Assembly: GCA_033581555.1 (NCBI GenBank)
Contig: JAVQSZ010000005.1
Location: 41,199-105,198, forward strand
Direction of reading: 5' to 3'
DNA from: Nitrososphaerota archaeon
GTDB lineage: Archaea > Thermoproteota > Nitrososphaeria_A > Caldarchaeales > Calditenuaceae
Length of the DNA stretch: 64,000 nt
Below, piece by piece: positions 44,733 to 54,555 of the stretch. The stretch's first letter is position 1, and each line of letters opens with the position of its first letter. The translations under genes were made by a program, and so were the position numbers. The notes under the pieces were generated by a model, which made no database searches, was not told the origin of the DNA, and worked only from the letters and a program-made list of their open reading frames with translations.

Positions 44733-45253
44733 GCGCGCTCCGCGTAAGTCCGTGAGGAGCGAGGCCCCTCGGGTCCGGCAGAGAACCCCTTTTCGGGCCC
44801 TTCGGCCCCTTTGTAATCCCCGGGCCTCACCTTCCAGACCCAGACGAAGCTCGTGAGGAGGTTGACTGAGAAGGCGACCACGACCGCAAGGAAGTACGCG
44901 ACGAGGTGGTTCACCAGCAGGACCTTGTTCAGCAGGTAGAAGGTCGCGAGGTTGACCGCGATGCTCCCGACCCTCGAGGCGTGGAACTTCAACAGCCTGG
45001 CCGCGAACCCGTTGTTCGGGTCTCCGCCTGCGCCGAAGGTCCACCTGTCGTTGATGAGGAAGTTCGCGACGAGCGTGACCTCCGTGACTAGGGCAGCGCT
45101 GAGGAAGGACTCCGCGCCGAGCAGGTCCACCATCCCGAACATCATCGCCTCCGCGAGGACGAGCGTCGCGACCCCTACCGTCACAAACCTGTACGTCCTC
45201 CGGTCCCTAAGGAGCGCGAGCCCGTAGGACCAGGCGACCCTGAGGGCCCTCAA
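44660..45253 (-). CDS. GtrA-family small membrane protein (putative TTG start overlapping nfo stop)
   Basis: 4-TM core RFVTVGVATLVLAEAMMFGMVDLL...NFLINDRWTF...RVGSIAVNLATFYLLNKVL typical of GtrA; long ORF N-terminal extension is antisense to nfo, so TTG at 45253 (TTGA overlap with nfo stop) proposed; unusual low-complexity C-terminal tail. Confidence 0.4.
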   Translation of the reverse strand: MRALRVAWSYGLALLRDRRTYRFVTVGVATLVLAEAMMFGMVDLLGAESFLSAALVTEVTLVANFLINDRWTFGAGGDPNNGFAARLLKFHASRVGSIAVNLATFYLLNKVLLVNHLVAYFLAVVVAFSVNLLTSFVWVWKVRPGDYKGAEGPEKGFSAGPEGPRSSRTYAERAHPLQSSHSSRRCQNHLSSSSTST

Positions 45254-46101
45254 CCCGCGGGCCCCTCGTAGAGCGACCTGAGCACGCCTAGGTCCCTGGA
45301 GTAGTCGCCGCGCTCGTCCTCGGGCGTCTCGATGATCATCGGGAGCCTCCTGAGCTTCGGGTGGTTGATTATCCTCCTGAAACCTTCCTTCCCGATGTTG
45401 CCCAGGCCGATGTGCTCGTGCCTGTCGAGCCTGCTCCCGAGCCCTCCCTTCGAGTCGTTGAGGTGGAGGACCTTGAGTTCTCTGATCCCGACCAGCTCGT
45501 CGAAAGACCTGAGGGTCTCCTCGAGGCCGGTCGCGGACCTGACGTCGTAGCCGGCTGCGTAGAGGTGGCAGGTGTCGAGGCAGACTCCCACCCGATCCCC
45601 GAACGAGAGCCTCCCGAGGATCTCCTTGATCTCCTCGAACCTCGAGCCGATGCTCCCCCTCTGACCAGCCATGTTCTCGAGGAGGAGCACGCACTTCGGG
45701 TCGGCCTCGCCGATCGCCCTCTCGACGGCCCTAACGACCTGAGACGTTCCGACCTCAACTCCCTTCCCGAGGTGGCTCCCGATGTGGCAGACGAGGTACT
45801 CGATGCCGAGCGCGTCGCACCTCCTCAGCTCCTCGACGAGCGACCTGACCGACCTCTCCCACCCCTCCTTCACCGGCGAGGCGATGTTCGGGAGGTACGG
45901 CATGTGGGCTACGACGACCTCGTACCGCGCCTCTCTCCTCCGCCTCCTGAACTCCTCGACCTCCTCGTCCCTCAGCTTCCCGGCCCTCCAGCCCCTGGGG
46001 TTCCTCGTGAAGATCTGGAACGTCGTACACCCGAGCTCCTGGGCCCTATCGACCGACTTCGCGATCGACCCTGCTATGGAGACGTGCGCGCCTAGCAGCA
46101 T
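45250..46101 (-). CDS. nfo: endonuclease IV (AP endonuclease, TIM barrel)
   Basis: 283 aa; MLLGAHVSIAG...HMPYLPN...LLENMAGQ...CLDTCHLYAAGYD...HLNDSK motifs. Confidence 0.9.
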   Translation of the reverse strand: MLLGAHVSIAGSIAKSVDRAQELGCTTFQIFTRNPRGWRAGKLRDEEVEEFRRRRREARYEVVVAHMPYLPNIASPVKEGWERSVRSLVEELRRCDALGIEYLVCHIGSHLGKGVEVGTSQVVRAVERAIGEADPKCVLLLENMAGQRGSIGSRFEEIKEILGRLSFGDRVGVCLDTCHLYAAGYDVRSATGLEETLRSFDELVGIRELKVLHLNDSKGGLGSRLDRHEHIGLGNIGKEGFRRIINHPKLRRLPMIIETPEDERGDYSRDLGVLRSLYEGPAG

Positions 46102-46158
46102 CCACGATCACCGGTCCCCCAGACCATAAATGCTTGTCCCGTCGGCCTGAACCGGTCC

Positions 46159-47871
46159 TCAAAGCAGGAGCGGGATCAGGAACGACGACACCATCAGCGC
46201 GAGGTAGACCGCGATCGACCTCTGCGTCAACCTGGAGAGCCTCTCGAGCGCGTTGCCGCTGAGGGCCGGGACCTCCCTGTGGGCCACCTCGACGACCGAG
46301 ACATCGGCCTCCTCCAACGACCCCACGGCCCTCCTCGCGAGCCTCTTCAGCCTCTCCGCGACCTCCCCAGCGCCCACCGCCTCCCCTATCGTCCTGTAGC
46401 CCCTTCCGCCGAGACTGACGCCGTTCACCGCGTGCGTGTCGGTAGTGAGGAACTCCACCGCGTCCCAGCCCTCCTCCCTCACGGCCTCGACGACCGCGGG
46501 CCTCACCTCGGGCAGAGCGTTGTTCCCGTCGACCACCGCCATCGCGAGCCTGTACCCGTTCACCTCGAGCCCGAAGACCGAGAGCCCCGAGGGCCCCATT
46601 CCGTCGGTCGGTCCGATGTCCTCGGGCACCTCCCTGGCCAGCGCCACTCTCGGCCTGCCGGTCACCCGGTCAGAGCGGCCTACGAACAGCTCGAGCGCAG
46701 CCCTGATTCTGGAGAGCTCCCGATCGGAGAGGCCGTTGTAGCCGTCCATGAAGGAGTTGTGCGGGTCGATCACCCTGACGCCCACGCCGGAGAAGGGCTC
46801 CTCGAGGGACTTGGGGAAGTCCTCCATCGGCATCGGGTGGAGCGTGGCCACGACGAACGTCCTCCCGCAGGCCTCGAAGCCCGTCACCGTGACGCCGTCG
46901 ACCTCGCGCTGGGGCAGGATCGACGCGGTCCGGGAAGGAGTTCCTTTGTGACTCGCGACGGTGTCCGCGACCTCGGTCACGACCCTCATCACGGAGCCCG
47001 AGTCGGCGACGTCCGCGTCGTGCCCTGCGCACCCCTTCACCACCAGGGCCTCGACGCCGCGCCTCGAGAGCTCCAGCTCGACCTGGTAGTTCAGCATCGA
47101 GCTCCCGACGTTCCTGAAGGGTCCGAAGTGGAAGTCGGTCACGACCAGAGCTAGCCTCCTTCCGGAGGAGGTCCTGAAGACCACCGCGGTCGACGCGAAG
47201 TCCCTCCTCCCCGAGAGGTGCACCAGCTCCCGCTCGAGGTGGCCCGAGTCTCCCGCGAGGACCGTCCTCGCGAAGCCCCTCGCTAGCCTGAGGGGCGTGG
47301 TCCCGGAGAAGCCAGTGGAGAGCGCTGCTAACGAGGCGGCGGGCGCGAGGAGCGTAGCGGCGAGCGAGACAACGACCTGGTAGTGGAGCTCGGGCCGCGG
47401 CAGCGCGACCGAGTACCTCACTAGAGCCTCGGCCACGCCGGCGGCGTAGCCCCTGATGGGCCCCTCAAAAGCCGCGAGGACCGTGACCCTGACGTACCCG
47501 GAGAGCGAGACCGACGCGAGATAGGCCTTCCAGGTCCCCTGATCGCCCTGGGCTAGGACCGAGTAGCCCGTGCCCGCCAGGGAGGCCGCGAGCCCGAAGT
47601 AGTTCTCGAGGAGGGTGAGCATGTTGAGCCTCCTGAGCGTGACCACCCTCGACCCCGCGTAAAAGGTCCTCGAGGAGACCAGGTTGACGACCATCGGGAG
47701 GATGGCCATCGACGAGGCCCAGGCGACCAGTTCGGTCGGGGAGAGGGCGGCCAGCTCGACGACCAGCGCGGTCACGAGGGCCGTCGCGAGGACCAAAAGG
47801 GGGGCGAAGTCTGCGCCTGGGGGCCTGAAGAGGAACCTGTACTTAGATGCGATCCCCGAGGCGTCGACCAA
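46159..47871 (-). CDS. large archaeal polytopic membrane protein with cytoplasmic domain (DUF2070-like?)
   Basis: 570 aa; multiple TM at N-terminus and middle, soluble domain in between; family assignment tentative. Confidence 0.45.
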   Translation of the reverse strand: MVDASGIASKYRFLFRPPGADFAPLLVLATALVTALVVELAALSPTELVAWASSMAILPMVVNLVSSRTFYAGSRVVTLRRLNMLTLLENYFGLAASLAGTGYSVLAQGDQGTWKAYLASVSLSGYVRVTVLAAFEGPIRGYAAGVAEALVRYSVALPRPELHYQVVVSLAATLLAPAASLAALSTGFSGTTPLRLARGFARTVLAGDSGHLERELVHLSGRRDFASTAVVFRTSSGRRLALVVTDFHFGPFRNVGSSMLNYQVELELSRRGVEALVVKGCAGHDADVADSGSVMRVVTEVADTVASHKGTPSRTASILPQREVDGVTVTGFEACGRTFVVATLHPMPMEDFPKSLEEPFSGVGVRVIDPHNSFMDGYNGLSDRELSRIRAALELFVGRSDRVTGRPRVALAREVPEDIGPTDGMGPSGLSVFGLEVNGYRLAMAVVDGNNALPEVRPAVVEAVREEGWDAVEFLTTDTHAVNGVSLGGRGYRTIGEAVGAGEVAERLKRLARRAVGSLEEADVSVVEVAHREVPALSGNALERLSRLTQRSIAVYLALMVSSFLIPLLL

Positions 47872-47934
47872 CCCGGCCGGCCACGAAGAGCGCTCACTAT
47901 ATCCATGACGTCACCGCCCCCGCAGTGAGTCAGA

Positions 47935-49641
47935 TCACTTCAGCGGGTGTCCCTTCAGGTCTATGACGGGCTTCGGCGAGAAGCCAGGGGGGTATATCGT
48001 CTCCTCGAGCGGCCTGCCGGGAGGGACCATCGGGAAGACCTTCTCGTCCCTGCTGACCGGGACGTCCAGGACCAGGGCCTGCTCGCTCCTGATGGCCCTC
48101 CTGACGTGGGAGACCAGCTCGCCGTAGTCCTGGACGAAGTGGGCCTCCACCCCGAACGCCTCCGAGAGCTTGACGAGGTTCGTGACGTCGGTGAAGTCGA
48201 CGTCCTTGAACCTCCTCTTATAGAAGAGGTCCTGCCACTGCCTGACCATCCCGAGGCTCCTGTTGTCGAAGACCACCGTGATCACGGGGACGTCGTTCTC
48301 GGCCACGTTCGCGAGCGTCTGGCAGGTCATCAGGAAGCTACCGTCGCCGTCGAGGTTCATGACCACCCTGTTCGGCGCTGCGACCTTCGCCCCGAACGCC
48401 GCCGGGAGCCCGAAGCCCATCGTACCGAGCCCGGCGCTGGTGATGAACGTCCCCGGCTCGAGGACCTTGTAGAAGAGCTGGGCCCACATCTGGTGCTGCC
48501 CGACGCCGGTCGTCACGATCGCGGACCTCGGGAGCTCGTCCCTGAGGAGCTTGACGACCCTCCAGGAGGATAGCGCACCGGAGTCGTCCTGGGAGAGCAT
48601 GTACTCGTCGTAGGCGGCACCGATCCCCTTCAGCCTCGGTATCCAACCGGGGTCCACGTCGGACCTCCCCGACCTGATCGCCCTCAGGAGCGACCTCAGC
48701 GCAGCCTTGCAGTCCGCCTGGACGAAGACGTCGGGCCTGACGACCTTCGAGTTCTCCGAGGAGTCAACGTCGACATGTATCAGGGCCTTGCCCTTCCTGA
48801 ACTCGCTCGCGGGGCCAATGGCCCTATCCGAGAGCCTCGTACCCACCGCGATCACGAGGTCCGCCTCCACCATCGCGAGGTTCGCCTCGACCCTCCCGTG
48901 CATCCCCACCACGCCGAGCACGTTCATGTGGTCCTCGGGTACGGAGGTCTTCCCGGGCGTGGTTGTCACCACAGGGGCCAGGATCCTCTCGGAGAGCTCG
49001 AGGACTTCGTCAGTGGCGCCGCTCGACCAGACCCCTCCGCCAACGAGTATCAGCGGCCTCCTCGACCTGGCGATCAGCTCCGCGGCCCTCGAGACCGCTT
49101 CCTCGCTCGGCTCCGTCGGCGTCCTCGCGAAGCCCGGCTCGGGCTCGACCGTCAGCTCCTCGCCCACTTCCTCTTGGAAGACGTCCCTTGGAACGTCGAC
49201 CAGTGTCGGGCCCGCCCGCGGAGACGCGGCGCAGAAGTAGGCGTTCACGAACTCCTGGGGGAGCCTCTCGGACCGGAGTACGGTCGTCGCGTACTTAACG
49301 TGCGGCAGGACCATGCTCACGATGTCCGACTCCTGGAACGCGTCGGTGCCCATGAAGGGCCTCGTCACCTGCCCGGTTACAGCGACGAGGGGCGCGCTGT
49401 CCATCGAGGCGTTCACCAGCCCCGTGATCAGGTTCGTGGCCCCCGGTCCCGAGGTCGCGGACGCGATCCCGGGCCTCCTCTTCACCCTGGCGTACCCCTC
49501 TGCCGCGTGGGCAGCTTGCTGCTCGTGCCTCATCAGGTAGCTCCTGATCTCCGAGTCGAGGAGCGCGTCGTAGAAGGGGAGGTTCGCGCCCCCGGGTATC
49601 CCGAAGACAGCCTCGACCCCGAGCTCCTCCATCGTCCTCAC
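47935..49641 (-). CDS. ilvB: thiamine-diphosphate enzyme, acetolactate synthase large subunit-like
   Basis: 568 aa; TPP N-domain, central FAD/TPP_enzyme_M, C-terminal TPP motif GLGTMGFGLPAAFGAKVA...NLDGDGSF...N (GDG-x24-N). Confidence 0.8.
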   Translation of the reverse strand: MRTMEELGVEAVFGIPGGANLPFYDALLDSEIRSYLMRHEQQAAHAAEGYARVKRRPGIASATSGPGATNLITGLVNASMDSAPLVAVTGQVTRPFMGTDAFQESDIVSMVLPHVKYATTVLRSERLPQEFVNAYFCAASPRAGPTLVDVPRDVFQEEVGEELTVEPEPGFARTPTEPSEEAVSRAAELIARSRRPLILVGGGVWSSGATDEVLELSERILAPVVTTTPGKTSVPEDHMNVLGVVGMHGRVEANLAMVEADLVIAVGTRLSDRAIGPASEFRKGKALIHVDVDSSENSKVVRPDVFVQADCKAALRSLLRAIRSGRSDVDPGWIPRLKGIGAAYDEYMLSQDDSGALSSWRVVKLLRDELPRSAIVTTGVGQHQMWAQLFYKVLEPGTFITSAGLGTMGFGLPAAFGAKVAAPNRVVMNLDGDGSFLMTCQTLANVAENDVPVITVVFDNRSLGMVRQWQDLFYKRRFKDVDFTDVTNLVKLSEAFGVEAHFVQDYGELVSHVRRAIRSEQALVLDVPVSRDEKVFPMVPPGRPLEETIYPPGFSPKPVIDLKGHPLK

Positions 49642-49658
49642 GAGCTTCTTGGCCGCGT

Positions 49659-51218
49659 TCAGGACCCATCACCACCTGTTCTCATGCTGAGGGCCTGCGA
49701 GACCGCGCCTCCCACCGCCATCGCGACCGCCATCGCCGGGTCGTGGGCGAGCCCCCTTCCGACGAGCGTCGAACCGTTGAACCTCAAGACCACCTCGGCC
49801 TCCGCAGGGCACCTGTCCGGGTTGGGCGGGACGTATACGGAGCACTCGACCACCTCCACTGGGCCCAGGACCCTCGAGACGACGTTCGCGACCGCCGAGA
49901 TCGAGGCGGAGACCGGCGACCTGCCCCTCCCGAACCCCGTGACGCGCTCGCCCCTGAGGAAGACCTCTACCTCGCCAGAGACCTCCCGACCGTCGGCCCT
50001 CAACGAGACCGAGATCACCTCGAGGGGCTGCGAGGAGACCAGCGACGGGTCGTCCCTGACGAGCCCTAGCAGGAGCTGCTCGGTCAGCCTCGCGCCCGTG
50101 TCCGCGAGCTCCTTCACCCTCTCCAGGACCCTCTTCCCCTCCTCGAGGTCAAGCTCGAACCCGTGCTGCCTGAGGACCTCGACGACCGCGTGGGTCCCCG
50201 AGTGCTTCCCGACCACTATCCTCCTCCTCTTCCCGACCAGCTCCGGAGCTATCGGCTCGTAGGTGAGGGGGTTGTTGATGACGCCGTGGACGTGAATGCC
50301 GCTCTCGTGGCTGAAGGCGTGGTCCCCGACGACCGCCTTGTTCCTCTGGACCACCATCCCGGTGAGGCTCGAGACCAGCCTCGAGACGGCCGCCAGCTTG
50401 CTCAGGTCTATCCCGGAGTCGACGCCGTAGAGCACCTTCAGGGCCACGACCACCTCCTCCAGGCTCGCGTTCCCAGCCCTCTCCCCGATCCCGTTGACCG
50501 TGACGTGGACGATCTCGGCTCCGCCCTCTACGCCCGCGATCGTGTTGGCGGTCGCTAGGCCCATGTCGTCGTGGCAGTGGACCGCTACCGGAAGGCCCGT
50601 GGCCTCCCTCACCTGCCTCGCCAGCTCCCTCATCACGAGCGGAATCGCGACTCCTACCGTGTCGGGGACGTCGAGGCTGTCCGCGCCCGCCTCTGCAGCT
50701 CCCTTGTAGACCCTCAGGAGGAAGGACCTCTCGGACCTCGTCGCGTCCTCGCAGGAGAAGTGGACCTCGACGCCACGCGACTTCGCGTACTCGACGCTCT
50801 CCACCGCAGCCTCGTAGACCTGCTCCGGCGTCATCCTGAGCTTGTGCCTCATGTGGATCTCCGAGGTCGCGATGAAGACGTGGACCCAATCGACCCCCGC
50901 GTCCACCGCCCTGTCGATGTCCCTCCTGTCGCACCTCGCCAGCGCGCAGACCTTCGGCCCCAGACCCAGCCTCGAGATCTCCCTCACCGCCTCGTGCTCG
51001 CCCCTCGAGACGGCCGGGTAACCGGCCTCGATCACCGCGACGCCGAGCTCAGCCAGCGCCCTCGCGACCTCCACCTTCTCCTCCTTCCTCAGCGAGACTC
51101 CCGGCGTCTGTTCTCCGTCCCTCAGCGTCGTGTCGAAGACCTGCACCCGCTCGGGGAGGAGACGGAATGCGTCCCGGACAACGCTGCCCCACGACACGGT
51201 TCCCACCTCAGGGGGCAA
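49659..51218 (-). CDS. leuA: 2-isopropylmalate synthase / citramalate synthase (LeuA/CimA family, with C-terminal regulatory domain)
   Basis: VQVFDTTLRDGEQTPG, HCHDDMGLATANT, HxH region; probable true start GTG at 51146 (VQVFDTTLRDGEQ) rather than ATG at 51218. Confidence 0.85.
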   Translation of the reverse strand: MPPEVGTVSWGSVVRDAFRLLPERVQVFDTTLRDGEQTPGVSLRKEEKVEVARALAELGVAVIEAGYPAVSRGEHEAVREISRLGLGPKVCALARCDRRDIDRAVDAGVDWVHVFIATSEIHMRHKLRMTPEQVYEAAVESVEYAKSRGVEVHFSCEDATRSERSFLLRVYKGAAEAGADSLDVPDTVGVAIPLVMRELARQVREATGLPVAVHCHDDMGLATANTIAGVEGGAEIVHVTVNGIGERAGNASLEEVVVALKVLYGVDSGIDLSKLAAVSRLVSSLTGMVVQRNKAVVGDHAFSHESGIHVHGVINNPLTYEPIAPELVGKRRRIVVGKHSGTHAVVEVLRQHGFELDLEEGKRVLERVKELADTGARLTEQLLLGLVRDDPSLVSSQPLEVISVSLRADGREVSGEVEVFLRGERVTGFGRGRSPVSASISAVANVVSRVLGPVEVVECSVYVPPNPDRCPAEAEVVLRFNGSTLVGRGLAHDPAMAVAMAVGGAVSQALSMRTGGDGS

Positions 51219-51408
51219 GCGCCGGCGGGGAGGAACGTCGAGACACGAACTCGTTCGGCTCCGCGAAGTGACAGTTCCGAACTCCGGTCAACCCACGTGC
51301 CCGAGCAATAGGCACCACCGGCTTGCACCGACGCGGATTCTGCTCCGATTTATACCTTCCTAAACGACCGACGGTCGCAGACCTTCGAGGGGTATCGGCT
51401 TAATTACA

Positions 51409-51687
51409 GTGCCGGACGCTCTCTCGGCGTTGAGGGAGCCGAAGTACCAGGTCGAGGTGAAGCAGTCCTCCAGGGCCCTAAGGGTCGAGAGGCAGCTAGT
51501 CGAGGAGCTGAAGGGCTCGCTCAGCGCGAAGGTCATCTCCCGGATGAGGAAGGAGTACGTCGACTGCCCGGTCGCGGGCGCACAGCTCCCCTTCCTGATC
51601 TGCTACAACTGCACCTCGTTCATCAGGAGGGTCTCGGGGGTGGTCCACTGCGAGGGGAAGGAGCAGAGGCTGAGGGACAGGACATGA
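51409..51687 (+). CDS. hypothetical small protein with Cys/His cluster
   Basis: 92 aa; CPV...CYNC...HCEG; 4-nt overlap with next ORF. Confidence 0.3.
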   Translation: MPDALSALREPKYQVEVKQSSRALRVERQLVEELKGSLSAKVISRMRKEYVDCPVAGAQLPFLICYNCTSFIRRVSGVVHCEGKEQRLRDRT

Positions 51688-51953
51688 ACCAGGGCATGGT
51701 CCTCTCGGGGCTCGTCACAACGGTCTTCGGCGTGATATTCCTGCTAACGGGCTTCATCCCGCTCGGCGCCCTGATACTCGTCGGGATCGCGATGTTCGTC
51801 ATCGGGATAGGGGCGCCGCCCTCGGAGCCCGTCACCCCTCAGGACCCGACGAAGAAGTTCTGCTGGTACTGCATGGAGGAGATCGACAAGGACGCCACGA
51901 CCTGCCCCTACTGCGGCATAGAGCAGATCGAGGAGGGGAAGAAGCGGGGATAG
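51684..51953 (+). CDS. small membrane protein with C-terminal zinc ribbon
   Basis: 89 aa; two TM helices then CWYC...CPYCG. Confidence 0.4.
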   Translation: MNQGMVLSGLVTTVFGVIFLLTGFIPLGALILVGIAMFVIGIGAPPSEPVTPQDPTKKFCWYCMEEIDKDATTCPYCGIEQIEEGKKRG

Positions 51954-51983
51954 AATTAAAGCGGGCTGGCGGGCGATACGGGC

Positions 51984-53180
51984 ATGCGCGTCGCGCTTGC
52001 CTACAGCGGAGGGCTCGACACGACCGTCTCGATCAAGTGGCTCCAGGAGAAATACGGTGCGGAGGTGATCACGGTTACCGTCGATGTCGGCCAACCCGAG
52101 GACTTCGAGGAGGTCGAGAGGAGGGCGTACACGGCTGGTGCGGTCAAGCACTACCTGATCGACGGGAAGGCGAGGTTCGCGGAGGAGTTCGTCTCTAAGG
52201 CGATCAAGGCGAACGCCCTTTACGAGGGCGAGTACCCGGTCTCGACCGCACTGGCGAGGTACCTGATCGCGGAGGAGGTGGCGAAGGTCGCGAAGGCCGA
52301 GGGCTGCGACGCGGTCGCGCACGGTTGCACCGGAAAGGGGAACGACCAGCTGAGGTTCGACGCGACCTTCGCGGTCCTGGTCCCCGAGATGAGGGTGATC
52401 GCGCCCGTCAGGGAGTGGGGGATGAGCAGGGACGAGGAGGTCGAGTACGCCAGGTCTAAGGGCCTGAGGCTGGACCTGAAGAAGAGCAGGTTCAGCATCG
52501 ACGAGAACCTCTGGGGCAGGTCCCTCGAGGCTGGGGAGCTGGAGGACCCGTGGAACGAGCCGCCCTGGGACGCGCTGAAGTTCGTGAGGCCTCCGTCAGA
52601 GTGGAGGGACGGCGAGGACCTGGTCGTGGAGTTCGAGGGAGGCGTGCCGGTCGCGGTCGACGGCGAGAGGATGAGACTCGACGCGATGGTACAGCACCTG
52701 AACTTCAGGGCCGGGAGGCACGGGGTCGGGCTGATCGACCACATCGAGGACAGAGTTGTAGGCCTGAAGTCAAGGGAGGTCTACGAGGCACCGGCCGCGA
52801 CCGTACTGATCAGGGCCCACAGGGACCTGGAGAAGCTGGTGTTGAGCAGGAGGGCCCTCGCCTTCAAGAGGCAGGTCGAGGAGGAGTGGGCCTGGCTCGT
52901 CTACGCGGGGCTCTGGTACGACCCGTTGAGGGAGGCGCTGGACGCGTTCGTCGAGGAGACCCAGAAGGCCGTGGCCGGCGAGGTGAGGTTGAGGCTCGAG
53001 AAGGGCGCGCTGCTGGTCAGGGGGAGGAGGAGCCCTTACTCGGCTTACGCGGAGGACCTGATCACGTACTCGGCCGCGAGCAGGTTCGATCAGCGGGCCG
53101 GAGAGGCCTTCTCGAGGATCTGGTCGTTGGAGTCGCAGATCGTCAACAGGGCCAGGGGGAGGTTCAGGTCCGGCCGCTGA
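51984..53180 (+). CDS. argG: argininosuccinate synthase
   Basis: AYSGGLDTT PP-loop, GCTGKGNDQ, full length 398 aa. Confidence 0.9.
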   Translation: MRVALAYSGGLDTTVSIKWLQEKYGAEVITVTVDVGQPEDFEEVERRAYTAGAVKHYLIDGKARFAEEFVSKAIKANALYEGEYPVSTALARYLIAEEVAKVAKAEGCDAVAHGCTGKGNDQLRFDATFAVLVPEMRVIAPVREWGMSRDEEVEYARSKGLRLDLKKSRFSIDENLWGRSLEAGELEDPWNEPPWDALKFVRPPSEWRDGEDLVVEFEGGVPVAVDGERMRLDAMVQHLNFRAGRHGVGLIDHIEDRVVGLKSREVYEAPAATVLIRAHRDLEKLVLSRRALAFKRQVEEEWAWLVYAGLWYDPLREALDAFVEETQKAVAGEVRLRLEKGALLVRGRRSPYSAYAEDLITYSAASRFDQRAGEAFSRIWSLESQIVNRARGRFRSGR

Positions 53181-54555
53181 GGAACTTCTCCCTCACTGCC
53201 TCGAACCGCTCCTCCGCTCTCCTGATCACCGACTCCTCGTCCATCGTCAGCACCTTTCCGTCCATCACGACCGGTTGACCGTCCACGAGGACGTGGGCGA
53301 CGTCGCGGCCCGTCGCCGCGTAGATGAGCAGGGATACTGGGTCGGTGAACGGGGCCAGCGAAGGGCTGCCGGTCCTGACCACTACCACGTCGCCCCTCTT
53401 CCCCCTCTCCAGCGTGCCTACGAGACCTTCCAGTCCAAGGGCCCTCGCTCCACCGATCGTCGCGACCTCGAGGGCGTCCCAGGCCGTGAAGCGGTCCGGT
53501 CCGTGGAGCGCCTTCTGGAAGAGTGCCGCGACCTTCATCTCCCTCACCATGTCGTAGGAGTCGTTGCTCGGTCCCCCGTCGCACCCCAGGGAGACGTTGA
53601 CGCCCTTCTCGAGCATCCTCGCGACCGGCGCTATCCCCGAACCGAGCTTCGCGTTGGAGGAGGGGCAGTGGGCCACCGAGGTCCCGGTAGCCGCGAACGC
53701 CTCCAAGTCCTCCTCCGAGAGCCAGACGCAGTGGGCGTAGACCCTCTTCCTCCCCAGCAGCCCGAACCCCCTCAGGAAGGACGAGGGCGTGAAGCCCCTC
53801 GAGGCGAAGTAGGCCACGTCGTCCCTAACCTCCGCGAGGTGCATGGTGATGCCCGCGCCGGTCTCCTCCGCGAGCTCCGCTGCCCTTCGAAACATCTCGT
53901 CCGAGACCGCTCCCGGCGTCCTGAGCCCGATCCAGAAGTCGATCCTGCCCCCGCCAGCGCCGGCCCACTTCCTCCTCGCTTCGAGGAACTGCTTGAGGCA
54001 CTCCTCGCCGTCCTCGACCATGCCCTCGGGGAGCGCGTTCCCAATCGACGCGTAGCCCTGCAGGTCCATCACCTTCTTCGAGAGCACGGCCCTAATACCG
54101 GACCTGAGGACCGACTCGGCTATCCCGTCGATACCGTACCTCGCGTGGAGCCCTGCCTCGAGGAACGTCGTAGTCCCGGTCCTGAGCATCTCGAGGACGC
54201 AGAGCTCTGCGCTGGCCCTCCCGTCCTCGTTGTCGTAGACGCCCTGAAGCCTCCAGACCCACTCCCTCAGCCACGGGATCAACGTGACTGTGTCTGGAAC
54301 GAACCCGCGTATCAGGGCCTGGGCGAGGTGAACGTGCGTGTCGACCAGTCCTGGTATCGCGACGCCCCTAGGCTCGTCTATCACCAGGTCGTCCTTAGAC
54401 CACTTCCCAACGCCGTCGCGCCCGCCGACGTACGAGATCTCCCCGTCCTCGACCAGAACGGCTCCGTCCCTGATGACCTCTCCCCTCCTCGCGACCGAGA
54501 CGACCGCGCCGCACCTGATGAGGACCCTCTCGACTCTACCCATGCCCCTCCCCAC
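53164..54555 (-). CDS. metal-dependent amidohydrolase (guanine deaminase / MtaD / chlorohydrolase subfamily)
   Basis: 463 aa; DTHVHLAQ, HCVWLSEEDL, CPSSNAKLG, GCDGGPSND motifs; 20-nt overlap with upstream XDH large subunit. Confidence 0.75.
   Translation of the reverse strand: MGRGMGRVERVLIRCGAVVSVARRGEVIRDGAVLVEDGEISYVGGRDGVGKWSKDDLVIDEPRGVAIPGLVDTHVHLAQALIRGFVPDTVTLIPWLREWVWRLQGVYDNEDGRASAELCVLEMLRTGTTTFLEAGLHARYGIDGIAESVLRSGIRAVLSKKVMDLQGYASIGNALPEGMVEDGEECLKQFLEARRKWAGAGGGRIDFWIGLRTPGAVSDEMFRRAAELAEETGAGITMHLAEVRDDVAYFASRGFTPSSFLRGFGLLGRKRVYAHCVWLSEEDLEAFAATGTSVAHCPSSNAKLGSGIAPVARMLEKGVNVSLGCDGGPSNDSYDMVREMKVAALFQKALHGPDRFTAWDALEVATIGGARALGLEGLVGTLERGKRGDVVVVRTGSPSLAPFTDPVSLLIYAATGRDVAHVLVDGQPVVMDGKVLTMDEESVIRRAEERFEAVREKFLSGRT

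Noticed and set aside
48775-50262. 495-aa plus-strand ORF
   Set aside because: Antisense to ilvB/leuA. Low complexity.
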